Of a DNA stretch of 64,000 nt, positions 38,441-48,212 are shown in pieces. The DNA comes from Microscilla marina ATCC 23134 (GTDB lineage: Bacteria > Bacteroidota > Bacteroidia > Cytophagales > Microscillaceae), in NCBI RefSeq assembly GCF_000169175.1, contig NZ_AAWS01000006.1:7192-71191 (forward strand), given 5' to 3'. The notes under the pieces were generated by a model. That model did no database searches, was not told where the DNA came from, and saw only the letters and a program-made list of their open reading frames with translations. The position numbers were made by a program, and so were the translations under genes. How positions within the stretch are numbered: position 1 is the stretch's first letter; every line of letters begins with the position of its first letter.

Positions 38441-38750
38441 AGGATAACCTGTTTGATCATTCGTCGCTTGCCACTATTCCCTACCCCCTTCCTCATCCAA
38501 CACTTTCAGAAAAGTAGCAGGTTCGGGGCGTACCCGATAGTTGTCGATCGGGTCGGCTTCTTTGATTTGGGGCAAAAACTGGCGTTTTTTAATAACCCCG
38601 CCACCCAACATGCAGTAAACAATGCTTCGCGTATGTGATGCACTCAAGGGCTTGTGTTACTTTGCTTGCTAAATTTAAACAAAGCTTCTATGTGTTCGTC
38701 GGAAATAACAGAAGGCAGGAAACGGGTTTGAAGGACAAAGTCTTTCCATT
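38441..38750 (-). pseudogene. Mosaic of two gene fragments. 38478-38549 is a copy of the 3' end of gene 44361..45233. 38555-38750 is a degraded copy of an internal part of gene 36003..37238.
   Basis: Direct sequence similarity of 38478-38549 to 44378-44449, and of 38555-38750 to 36915-37105. There are no intact ORFs. Confidence 0.6.
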
Positions 38751-38858
38751 CATAAGTTGAAATGTAAACTAAACTAAACAAAAAATGGCTCCTAATAAAA
38801 AAGTAAGGAGCATAGAATAAATCTACACTCCTTACTTTTTGTTTACTGTCAATTGATA

Positions 38859-39188
38859 TTAGACAAAAATACTTTCTGATACTTCTTGCTTTTCAACTCT
38901 AAGCGCGATTGGTATGGCCAGTTTAATCCCATTTGCATCAAGTTGTCGCAACACCTCCATATTCACCTGGCTTGTGCCCAGGCTAACTTTATCATATTCT
39001 GACCCTACAGTTAGTTTATCCTCTGGCTTCCAAACTGCTATAGCAAACCAATAGTCAATATCGTGCGAATACTCTCCCAGCTTGTAAGTTGTCCAGGTTT
39101 TCTTCTCTGTTACATCGAATTTTTCAGGAATTTCTCTTAATAATTTCATTGCTATCTCAATCTGTTCGTGGGTAGTATCAAACCGCAA
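38859..39188 (-). CDS. C-terminal domain of the MscS-family channel. It lies in-frame downstream of the TGA at 39219-39221. The gene is either interrupted or read through.
   Basis: …DIDYWFAIAVWKPEDKL…VNMEVLRQLDANGIKLAIP aligns with the MscS C-terminal alpha/beta domain (INFVVRVWSNSGD…VLERIKREFDAAGISFPYP). It is the same frame as 39219..42797. Confidence 0.55.
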   Translation of the reverse strand: MRFDTTHEQIEIAMKLLREIPEKFDVTEKKTWTTYKLGEYSHDIDYWFAIAVWKPEDKLTVGSEYDKVSLGTSQVNMEVLRQLDANGIKLAIPIALRVEKQEVSESIFV

Positions 39189-39218
39189 ACGAATGATATT
39201 ATTAACAAAATAACGTGG

Positions 39219-42200
39219 TCAGGAGTCTTTATTTTTTATAGTGCTATTGATAAACACCCTGTTAGAAATGACATTTTTTTCGCCATAAAAATTGTTAATC
39301 ACAGAACTTCGTAAACCTATTTTATGTACCCAGCCATCTATGCCTGCCACTACTACTCTTTCTCCTACTTTAAAAGGTTTGGTAATAAGTAATGTAAGCC
39401 CTCCTAACAAATCGGCAAGAATATCTTTTAGCGCAAATGCCAAAGCAAAACCACCAATGCCTAAACCAGCAAGAATGGCTCCTGCATTAAAGCCTAATGT
39501 TTCGATAGAAAGTGTGATTGCAAATAGCCAAATCACTACAATAGTTAAAGCCTTTAGGAAGTAAACCATAGGCAAAAAATCTGCTTTTTTCAACCATTCC
39601 AGCTCATCTACTTTTTCTTCTCCCTCTCGTTTTCGTTTTTTAAAGAATCGGGAAAGAAGAACAATTGTCCTTGATTTTTTTTGTGTGAGCAATGCCTCTG
39701 TATACTTGCCCTCTTTGGCTTTTGTAGTGGTTGAGATAACACGAGCTACCATAGATTTGACTATTTTTATTAGGAACCAGGCGATCAAAACGATAAAAGA
39801 CAGTTTGATAATCATGTACAATAAAACTTTGTACCTTAATCGGTTTCTTGTGGATCTCAATGCCCCAATTTTTCCCTTCAAAAAAATCAGCCTAGCCAAA
39901 CTCGTTTGAGGTCTTTCTTCTTTATCCATCTTATCCAGCTCAGATTTGGGGTGACCAATAAGCTCAGCGATGCTCTTTTTAAGTACCACATTTTTGGCTT
40001 CCAATGCGCTAATAATGTCGGCATAAATATCTATTTCTTTCTCTATACCTCCAGGTGTTTGCCTTTCCTTAAAAAGAGTGATCCATTTTTTCGTCGCTGC
40101 AATTTGCACATGGTAATCAAACAATAAATCAGTGCTAATGCTAATGATAGAGTCCTGGCTACTTTGAGCAACTGGAGCTAACAAAGGAATATTTCGTCCT
40201 GTTTTTACCTGAAAAGCATTGATTAATTCATTGGCTTTTTCAGGTACCAGCCTTATTTTAATTTTTATCCATTCTTCTTCATAAGCAAGCTCAAGTTGTT
40301 CTAAATGTTTATTAAGAAATGTAAGTAAGACAGGAATAGAATCTTTTTCTGCGTATTCAAGCTTTGTTAATTTTTCTAATTTGTATATTTGGGTTTGCAG
40401 TATCCTTTGTTGTTGTTCTAACTGAATAAGTTCTACATAATTTGATGTGAGTATTTTAGAGTAGTTTTGAGTTTCAGAAGAGTTAATAAACCCAAGAAAA
40501 AATTCTTCAATGCCATTATCCGAATTCAGACGGTTAACTGCCAATTGTTCACTTACTTCTAAGGCAGTACCTTTCAGGGCTACTTTTTTATTGTCAAATT
40601 CCTGTTGTAATTCCTCTAATTGTTTATGAATGCTTCCTCGTTCACCAGTATTTTTTTGCATCTTGATAAACTGAGCCTGTAATTCGTTTTTCTCTTCTGT
40701 CTGACTCAGCCTCTTTAGCTCCCGCTGAATGCTTAGTTCCACCCCAAACAACTCATGGGTAAGCGATTCGAAATTGCTTATTCGTTCATATTTCAATGCT
40801 TCATTTACTTTAGCAGGTACTTCTTTGCGTTTTATTTTAGCCTGACTATACAGCTTTTTTATTTGTCCTGCATAAAGATTTTGTTGCAATAAAATATCGG
40901 TTATTTTTTCCCGCTTTACAAGTAACTGCCTGAGATACATCTGTAAAGAGTCCAATGATGTTTTCAGAGAATCTTTCAGACTTTTGCGTTTTTGAATAGT
41001 TTCTACATTTTGTGCCAGTAAGTTTTGATACTTTTCTCCTGCAATGTTTTTAAACAAACTTTTGCTTTTTGCCTTTTCTGCTTCGGGCTTCACCAACAAG
41101 CTATCCACTTTTTGTTCTTTTTTAGTAAATATCTGGACTTGTTTTCTTTGAGCTCGTTTGTGTATAAGAGCATATAGTTGAGAACGAATGCCATATTTAT
41201 CCTCCTGTGACTCTCTTTTAATAATTCTGAACAAAGGTCCTTTCAATATGTTCAATTCTCTTTTTATAGTTTTGGCAGTATCTTCTGCTCCTTTATATCT
41301 TTTGTAATAACTTTCTAGTCTCCGTTGTCTCATTGCCAAGCTATCTGTCAGTGTAGTAAAAGTATTGAGTAGCTTTTTTTTGCCAATGTTTTCAAGCTTT
41401 GCTTTCCATTTTTCTACTTTCATTAATGACTTGGCTGTTCTCTCAAGGCTATTTTTTTTGCTGGCAATCTCATCATAGTTCGCCATTAGCTTTTTTATTT
41501 CTTTAGCATTCAGTTCAATTTGTTTTTTTGCATTCTCGCTCAAAATTATTACTTCTGCATTTTGCTTAGTCAGGCTTTCTTCTTCTGCAATAATGGCTTT
41601 ATACCAGTTTGCTGACAGCATTGATTCAGGTTTTACTTCTCCTTTCTCTTCAAGGTTCTTAATGAGTTTTGCAATAAAAATCATCTTTGACAGATGCTCG
41701 CCAATTACTGCAGCTTCAGCAGTAAAAACTTCCTTACTAGCAATAAGCGCCTTCAACTGACTTTGCAATTCATTGGTGTTTTTTATTTGAACAGAGTCAT
41801 ACTTCAGCAAACTATTCAATGCCTGTATTGTCTTTTTTGTATCTTTCGACTCTTCTATACGCTTTGTTTTGGGAGGTTTTTTCAGCTCTATTTTTTTGTA
41901 CCTTACTTCTGCCTCTTTTCCCAAGGCCATTACTTTATTGTAGGCTACCAGGTAAGAACTCTTTATCCAATTTTTTTCTTCAGATAGTTCGGCAAAAGTT
42001 CTCAATAGTTTTTTAGGAGTCATTGCGGCATACTTGTTCTGTAATGCTACATTTTTTTGCTCGTTTGCCTGTTTTTCTTTGGCAGTAAACAGTTGTAACG
42101 CTACCTGTGCTATAGCTTTTTTATTTTCTGCAATATCGCTCCCAAGGCTTATAATCTCTTTTTTTACTACTTTATTGATTCCTTCAAATCGTTTTTCGAT

Positions 42201-42797
42201 TCCAGATAGCTTTTGTTGCTTTGCCTTAATATTTTCTTGCGACAATGATGCGGGCAATTTGGATGCTATTAGTGTACCATCATTTATTCGTAATTTTACC
42301 TCTAATAAATAAGGGGTTAGCAATATAAGATCATTCTTAAACCTATTGCTCGAAAACAGCACCTCATCTACTTGAGTAAGCAGGGTTTCTAAAGCTGTTT
42401 GTTTGCGTTCCAACAACAGTGCTTTTTGCTTGTAAGCATTTAAAAGGCGAGCAATATGTTTGGCTTTAAGCACCGAAATTTCAAGGGGAGTCAATTCTTT
42501 GGCAGGTTTTCGAAAGGTAGAATCAGGCAGGCGAAAATTGCTCAGTTGTCTGTCACTTTCCTGAATAATTTTCTCATCGCTATAAAATTTCCGTAGCTCT
42601 TTTCGATAACTAAACTGAGAAGTACTAAACATTTTATCTGCTTGCCTAAGCAATGCCTCATTACTCAAATTGTGTAAGTTACCAGTGGTTTGTGCCCAGG
42701 TACTATTGTAAACAAACAACAATGCTATACAAAATAGTTGATGAATAAATACTCTTTTTATTATAATTACTTGATAATTTGAAAAAAGTCTTTTCAT
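39219..42797 (-). CDS. Large MscS-family mechanosensitive channel (MscK/KefA-like). It has a roughly 950-aa N-terminal coiled-coil/periplasmic region and is terminated by an in-frame TGA before its conserved C-terminal domain.
   Basis: MscS TM3/beta domain: GAILAGLGIGGFALAFALKDILADLLGGLTLLITKPFKVGERVVVAGIDGWV. N-terminal signal/TM, then a long K/E-rich coiled coil. AT-rich codon usage. Confidence 0.65.
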   Translation of the reverse strand: MKRLFSNYQVIIIKRVFIHQLFCIALLFVYNSTWAQTTGNLHNLSNEALLRQADKMFSTSQFSYRKELRKFYSDEKIIQESDRQLSNFRLPDSTFRKPAKELTPLEISVLKAKHIARLLNAYKQKALLLERKQTALETLLTQVDEVLFSSNRFKNDLILLTPYLLEVKLRINDGTLIASKLPASLSQENIKAKQQKLSGIEKRFEGINKVVKKEIISLGSDIAENKKAIAQVALQLFTAKEKQANEQKNVALQNKYAAMTPKKLLRTFAELSEEKNWIKSSYLVAYNKVMALGKEAEVRYKKIELKKPPKTKRIEESKDTKKTIQALNSLLKYDSVQIKNTNELQSQLKALIASKEVFTAEAAVIGEHLSKMIFIAKLIKNLEEKGEVKPESMLSANWYKAIIAEEESLTKQNAEVIILSENAKKQIELNAKEIKKLMANYDEIASKKNSLERTAKSLMKVEKWKAKLENIGKKKLLNTFTTLTDSLAMRQRRLESYYKRYKGAEDTAKTIKRELNILKGPLFRIIKRESQEDKYGIRSQLYALIHKRAQRKQVQIFTKKEQKVDSLLVKPEAEKAKSKSLFKNIAGEKYQNLLAQNVETIQKRKSLKDSLKTSLDSLQMYLRQLLVKREKITDILLQQNLYAGQIKKLYSQAKIKRKEVPAKVNEALKYERISNFESLTHELFGVELSIQRELKRLSQTEEKNELQAQFIKMQKNTGERGSIHKQLEELQQEFDNKKVALKGTALEVSEQLAVNRLNSDNGIEEFFLGFINSSETQNYSKILTSNYVELIQLEQQQRILQTQIYKLEKLTKLEYAEKDSIPVLLTFLNKHLEQLELAYEEEWIKIKIRLVPEKANELINAFQVKTGRNIPLLAPVAQSSQDSIISISTDLLFDYHVQIAATKKWITLFKERQTPGGIEKEIDIYADIISALEAKNVVLKKSIAELIGHPKSELDKMDKEERPQTSLARLIFLKGKIGALRSTRNRLRYKVLLYMIIKLSFIVLIAWFLIKIVKSMVARVISTTTKAKEGKYTEALLTQKKSRTIVLLSRFFKKRKREGEEKVDELEWLKKADFLPMVYFLKALTIVVIWLFAITLSIETLGFNAGAILAGLGIGGFALAFALKDILADLLGGLTLLITKPFKVGERVVVAGIDGWVHKIGLRSSVINNFYGEKNVISNRVFINSTIKNKDS

Positions 42798-43325
42798 AAC
42801 TGATCAAAGGGTGAATAATTGTTTAATAATGATTAATTACATTTCAATGGTATAGTGATTTGTCAGCTTTATCTAAGCCTCATTTTTTTTCAAGTATCTT
42901 AGTTTGGGCTGCCCTTATTGTTGGTTGATATCAAGATTTTAGATAAACATGGATCAGGGTTCCTTGAGAGGTAGACGTAGGGAAGTTTTTCCGTTTAATT
43001 TCAGCATAGGGAATATTTTCAGTATTTCTGCAAAATCGGTTATATTGTGTGCCACTAGGTGGGTTACTATTGCCAATCTTTCAGATAGTGTGCATGCTCG
43101 CCCAAATAAATGCTTATACTATGATTGGCAAGGCTTGCCATTTTCTTGCAAACAGCCAGTACCTCTTTATTTTCCTGCCTACACTCAAGTTTCCCAACGA
43201 AAACCACCCAGTTGATGTAATTTTTCAGAAAAGAGAATTTATAACCTATTTCAATCTTTTAATGATGTCCATAGGTTAACCATCGTCCTGCTCTCAAAAT
43301 ATTTTTTGACTAGCCGCACTAACAA

Positions 43326-44021
43326 TCAGTCCCTCTTGTAATATAAAAAAGCTTCATGCTTGACTATATCACCACTCATCAACCTTCTGTGATTATATAT
43401 TTTACTTTCACAAAGAGACATTTCCTGTTCGAGCCAGCCCAATATGCGGCTTCTCCTGTAGTCATCTTTATCTGTCAACAGGTTAAATACTATGTAAGCG
43501 TTTTCATTTAAAAGGTTTACATAGCTTTTAAGGTCTTCAAGCTCTATATGATTTGCTCCTCCACTAATTGTAATACAATTAAAATCATACTTTGTAAGGT
43601 TTTTATTTTTTATTACATTTTTTACAATAAAAGTATCATCATAAATTTCAGGGTAATCACGATTAAGTGCATCGATGGCTTCTGGCAGGATATCGACTCC
43701 TACCAAAGATTTAATATCCACATTGCTGTTTTCTTTTAATGCTTTGCCCATTAAACCTGAACCACAGGCAAGATCAAGTACATTAAGTTCTTTATGAGTT
43801 TTCGCAGCATACTTTAGCAGCAAACAAGACAATTCTTCATACGCTTTATAATCAAGTAAATCGCAATATAATCTACTATACAATTTTGGGTATGAATAAA
43901 TACTGGCATAATCCCAGGTTTTAAACACTTTTTCTGCGCCATTGGCAAAATCTACTTTAAAGGTTTCGCTTCCTTGGCTTGTGCCTTGTAAGGGAGTAAT
44001 TTTAATAATTGATTCAGTCAT
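43326..44021 (-). CDS. Class I SAM-dependent methyltransferase.
   Basis: VLDLACGSGLMG (motif I) and VDILPEAI (motif II). 231 aa. Confidence 0.6.
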   Translation of the reverse strand: MTESIIKITPLQGTSQGSETFKVDFANGAEKVFKTWDYASIYSYPKLYSRLYCDLLDYKAYEELSCLLLKYAAKTHKELNVLDLACGSGLMGKALKENSNVDIKSLVGVDILPEAIDALNRDYPEIYDDTFIVKNVIKNKNLTKYDFNCITISGGANHIELEDLKSYVNLLNENAYIVFNLLTDKDDYRRSRILGWLEQEMSLCESKIYNHRRLMSGDIVKHEAFLYYKRD

Positions 44022-44360
44022 TTTTTGAAGTTATTTGCATGAAAGTACCATCATTTACAGTCAGTAAAATCATTTAAACCCAGCCTCATAAAATATTTTA
44101 TAGAACCCTTAAAGGTTTCAAATATCTGTTTTTAAACAGGGCATATTCTATGTAATGAAAAATACATCAACTGGTCATTTTATTACATCAGCAAGTAAAT
44201 TACTTTAATTTACTAAAAAAACCAGTATAAAAACACATATTGAATTAAAATCACGTAATTATACCTATTAAAACACAAAAAAATACTGAGCGTATTTGGG
44301 ATTTATGAAGAAGACAGAGGAAATGCTTTATTAGGAGGAAAAAAAGGAGGTTTCACACCA

Positions 44361-45233
44361 TCAGGAACGATGTTCAACACCCTCTTCCTCATCCAACACT
44401 TTCAGAAAAGTAGCAGGTTCGGGGCGCACCCGATAGTTATCGGTCAGGTCGGCAAAAATGATCTTTCCTTCAGAATTGGTTATAATCACGGTGGGTAAAA
44501 CTGTGTTGGAATCGTAACCCAATATTTCAAAGCCTTTAGGAATGCCGTTTTCTGAGATAATTTCTAATTGGCGAGCTGCCCGGCTTTTTACATCTACCAG
44601 AAAGTGAAAAGGAACTTTCATTTTTTCTGCCAATTGGCGTGAATACCCGTGAGGTTGGGGGCTTACCAAGGCTACCTTTACCCCTCTTTGGTTGAGTTCT
44701 TTGTATTGTTGGGCTACTTCTTTGATTTGTGCCATACACAATGGGCACCAATTGCCCCGATAAAATAGCCATAGAGTGGGGTGTCCGTCAAACTCTTTGC
44801 TTTGTACTTGTTCGCCTGCCTCGTTTTCTAACACAAAACTAGGCAATGGTTTGCCCACCGCAAGCAACTCTTTATTGCGTAAGGTAAAACGTGAATACCA
44901 ATAAATATAAATGAGCCAACCCAAAGTGTTGCTTACTGCAAATACTATGGCTGCATAAACTGGGGGAGTTTGGGTGGTGTAAGCCGTTACTATCGCCCAC
45001 CCAGTGCTTACCAACATCAAGGCTGTGTATTTGGGCATAGCAGCTTTGGTACGGGCAAAAGGACGAAAAATGAATAACCCCGCAAACATAAGGGCTATAG
45101 CCCACCCGCCCAAGGCTACCCCCAACCAAGGCAAACTAAAATCTAACAAAAGCTGACGAACAGCATAAATACCTATGACCATTCCATAAACAGGAAAAGC
45201 AGTAATAAATATCGATTTGGCTACATTTACCAT
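44361..45233 (-). CDS. Membrane-anchored thioredoxin-fold (redoxin/AhpC-TSA-like) protein.
   Basis: About 130 aa of N-terminal TM helices, then a C-terminal GNWCPLCMAQ (CxxC) motif in a thioredoxin-like region. Confidence 0.6.
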   Translation of the reverse strand: MVNVAKSIFITAFPVYGMVIGIYAVRQLLLDFSLPWLGVALGGWAIALMFAGLFIFRPFARTKAAMPKYTALMLVSTGWAIVTAYTTQTPPVYAAIVFAVSNTLGWLIYIYWYSRFTLRNKELLAVGKPLPSFVLENEAGEQVQSKEFDGHPTLWLFYRGNWCPLCMAQIKEVAQQYKELNQRGVKVALVSPQPHGYSRQLAEKMKVPFHFLVDVKSRAARQLEIISENGIPKGFEILGYDSNTVLPTVIITNSEGKIIFADLTDNYRVRPEPATFLKVLDEEEGVEHRS

Positions 45234-45445
45234 GACTTGATGAATGTGTTTTATATTTTACAACTTACAAAGCATTCTCGGTTTATTGTGAAGCCTGCAT
45301 TTAAATTTTTAAGTTTACAACCGCTTTTTTTTACAAAAAAGTTCTGTCATACAATAACGAGTTTGTTTAAAGTCAACCAAAAAGACATGCTTTAAAACCC
45401 AAAGCTGTTCGCTAAACAAACTCCAAGACTTTGAAAATACTTAAT

Positions 45446-46588
45446 ATGAAGAAATTAGTTTTTACTTTGTTATTTCTGGGCACTTATGCCTTACTTTCTG
45501 CTCAACCTTCTGCCTATAAAGCCCAGCCGTTTGCAGATGATGTTCCATTGACTACTCCGTCTATGCTGGATGCTGACTACATAGCCCGTGTAATGGCAGC
45601 ACTACCGCTGCCTGAAGCTGCTCCCGAAAACATAAAGCAGTTGTCCAAAGTTGCCTCGGTTCAAAATCATTATAAGGAGTTTACTATTGCCTGGCAAAAA
45701 TTAGAGAGTAAAAAACTGTCACGCTTACGCAAATGGCGGGACAGTGAAATTACTGACTTGCATAAAAAGCAAACCAATTTGTTCTACCCTTTTGCTGGTC
45801 CCGATTTTCTGAATGCTTACCTGCTTTTTCCTACCTGCGACAATTATTTGTTGTTTGGACTAGAGAAAATGGGCACATTGCCTACAATGGCGCAGCTGAG
45901 GGGTAATTATTTGTTTCGCTTACGCAAATCGTTGTCTATTTTGATGAAGCGCAATTACTTCATTACCCGCGACATGATCAACAACCTTAATAGCAATGTA
46001 AAAGGAGTGTTGCCTTTGATCGCAGTATTTATGGCGCGCACCGACAATAAGATATTGAGTATTCAGAAGGTGTATGTACAAAAAAACGGCAAACCTAAAT
46101 TTGTGGCTTTTAACGACAATAAGTGGCATCCAGGGATCAAAGGGGTAACAATTGAGTTTAAAAATAAGAACCGTGATTTGCCTCAACGCATGTATTACTT
46201 TGGGACCAACTTTGTAAATACCGCCATGTATACCAAAAAAAACCTGGTTAATTTTATTACTAACTTTAAAAACAAGATGACTTTTACCAAGTCGGCTTCT
46301 TACTTGTTGCACGGTCACAACTTTAGTATTATTCGTAATATTATCCTCAATCAGACATCGGCTTCGGTACAAGACGATACTGGAGTGCCCTACCGCTATT
46401 TTAAAAACAGTTGGAGTGTAAAACTATACGGTAAGTATGCCCGCCCGGTGCGTGACTTTAACTATGGGTTTCAGACTGACTTAAACAGGCTATTTAAGAC
46501 AGATAAAACCGTTAAGCCCATTGACTTTACTTTTGGTTATCATTGGTGGACAGATAAATCAAGTATTTTGGTTTTCAGGAAAAAATAG
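45446..46588 (+). CDS. Hypothetical secreted protein (signal peptide MKKLVFTLLFLGTYALLSAQ).
   Basis: The ORF has a signal peptide and no recognised domain. Confidence 0.5.
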   Translation: MKKLVFTLLFLGTYALLSAQPSAYKAQPFADDVPLTTPSMLDADYIARVMAALPLPEAAPENIKQLSKVASVQNHYKEFTIAWQKLESKKLSRLRKWRDSEITDLHKKQTNLFYPFAGPDFLNAYLLFPTCDNYLLFGLEKMGTLPTMAQLRGNYLFRLRKSLSILMKRNYFITRDMINNLNSNVKGVLPLIAVFMARTDNKILSIQKVYVQKNGKPKFVAFNDNKWHPGIKGVTIEFKNKNRDLPQRMYYFGTNFVNTAMYTKKNLVNFITNFKNKMTFTKSASYLLHGHNFSIIRNIILNQTSASVQDDTGVPYRYFKNSWSVKLYGKYARPVRDFNYGFQTDLNRLFKTDKTVKPIDFTFGYHWWTDKSSILVFRKK

Positions 46589-46794
46589 CTATTCCAGAGG
46601 GCAGTGATTCAGGCAAAAACACTGTCCTTTTTGGGTCATTTGGCGGGTTCGGTTTACTTTCTTTTGCTTTATATTCAAAACCACTCTTCAGAGCGTTTAC
46701 TTTCAGACAAATAAGCTCACCTTCAGTTGCACAAATCAATAAAAGGAATATATTTGTAAATGAGATGGTTATAACTAAAAAATGAACTATTGAT

Positions 46795-48081
46795 ATGGTT
46801 GAAGATAACCCTACAAACCCCGATTCAGGAGACAAAAAACCTACCCACGATCCGTTTGATATGCTCAAAGGAGACACTCCTACCGGCAGCACTCCACCTC
46901 CAGAAAAAGAAGAAAATAAAGAGGAAGACAACACAGGAAACAAACAAGAAACTTCTTCCACAACGGGTAGCGACCCGTTTGATATGGTAGAAAAACACCC
47001 TACCTCCGGAACAACACCCTCTACCCCTACTGTCAATACTGGTGGCGACCCGTTTGATATGGTAGAAAAGCAACCTACTTCTGGTACCACTCCCCCCATT
47101 ACCAATACTGCTGACCCGCTCAACACAGCAGGGCAATCTACGGGTTCTACATCTCAGCCTGACTTGCCTAAACCATCAGAAGACCCTTTAACTGGGCAAT
47201 CGGGTACTGCGGGTTCTGCGTCTCAACCTAATTTGCCACAAACTCCCCTGACGGGGCAGTCAGGTACAACTACTGGTTCTACCTCTCAACCTGATTTGTC
47301 TTCTACACCACAAAACCTGTCTACTCCTCCCCCTCCTAATACATCAATACCTACACCTACTGCTACCTCTGTACCCAACCCGCAGCCCATACCCAATATT
47401 GCTACGCCACCACCCAATGCCCACAAAGCAGCAGAGCGGGAAGCGTATCAGTCTAAAATAGATATGAATGCAGTATTGGCTGCTGCCAATAAGGTAAACC
47501 AAATGCCTAAACTACAGGCCACTTCTATGGAAAAATTAGATGAAGCACTATTTACCAAACGGCATAGAACCAAAGTAGGCCCTGAAGAAAAAGAGGAGGT
47601 AGAACAAAAGCTTCAGTATTTGGTAAATAAGATTAAAAAAGACTTGGCTTTTTATAACAATAAAGAGAAAAAGTCGGGTAAATGGACATTGATATTCAGT
47701 GTATTGTCTTCTTTATTGGCGGCTTCTGTAACCGTATTACTAGGTTTGAATATTACAGACTTTATGCGTAAACATAATTTTGACTGGTATATCAATACTA
47801 TAGCCTTGATTATTAGTGCATTTATTTCGGTAATTGGAGTTTTGCAAAACTTTACAGACTCCAAACCTTTATGGGTTAAATATACCGATACCTCCAACAA
47901 GTATCAACAGTTGCTAGACAATATTGAGTATATGCAACTGGCAGGTAATTATATCACACTAGATGATGTAAATCAGATAAAACTTGCCTATAACCGAATA
48001 AAAGATGGTACAAACAACTATATCATTCAGGTAAGAAGCCAAGATGATGGTACTGGAAACTCGTCACTTCTCAGGTCGTAA
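46795..48081 (+). CDS. Repeat protein. The N-terminal Pro/Thr/Ser-rich low-complexity region carries three DPFDM(V/L)EK repeats. The C-terminal region is two-TM plus helical and may be SLATT/DUF4231-like.
   Basis: DPFDMLKGD, DPFDMVEKHPTSGTTP and DPFDMVEKQPTSGTTPP repeats. The C-terminus has WTLIFSVLSSLLAASVTVLLGL and YINTIALIISAFISVIGVL TM helices followed by an amphipathic tail. Confidence 0.5.
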   Translation: MVEDNPTNPDSGDKKPTHDPFDMLKGDTPTGSTPPPEKEENKEEDNTGNKQETSSTTGSDPFDMVEKHPTSGTTPSTPTVNTGGDPFDMVEKQPTSGTTPPITNTADPLNTAGQSTGSTSQPDLPKPSEDPLTGQSGTAGSASQPNLPQTPLTGQSGTTTGSTSQPDLSSTPQNLSTPPPPNTSIPTPTATSVPNPQPIPNIATPPPNAHKAAEREAYQSKIDMNAVLAAANKVNQMPKLQATSMEKLDEALFTKRHRTKVGPEEKEEVEQKLQYLVNKIKKDLAFYNNKEKKSGKWTLIFSVLSSLLAASVTVLLGLNITDFMRKHNFDWYINTIALIISAFISVIGVLQNFTDSKPLWVKYTDTSNKYQQLLDNIEYMQLAGNYITLDDVNQIKLAYNRIKDGTNNYIIQVRSQDDGTGNSSLLRS

Positions 48082-48149
48082 CTCCTCTTATGGTGATTAC
48101 AAAAAGGCTGTCTCATCATAGATTTTAGGAAAATGTTATTCTAAATACT

Positions 48150-48184
48150 ATTCATACCTGCCAGGTTTTTGAAGCCTGGCAGGT
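48150..48184. terminator. Bidirectional terminator hairpin between convergent genes.
   Basis: Perfect 13-bp stem catacctgccagg / cctggcaggtatg with a 9-nt loop (tttttgaag). Confidence 0.6.
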
Positions 48185-48212
48185 ATGAAATTTCTTAAAA
48201 ACCGTTTTTACT

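Noticed and set aside
39219-39221. Alternative genetic code (TGA as a sense codon) explaining the in-frame TGA
   Set aside because: TGA clearly terminates other well-defined genes in the window, for example at 5115-5117. The stop/start overlap ATGA is also used twice, so the standard code applies.
46575-47136. 183-aa and 103-aa minus-strand ORFs
   Set aside because: They are antisense to the Pro/Thr-rich repeat region of the 46795 gene. Low-complexity repeats generate long spurious antisense ORFs.
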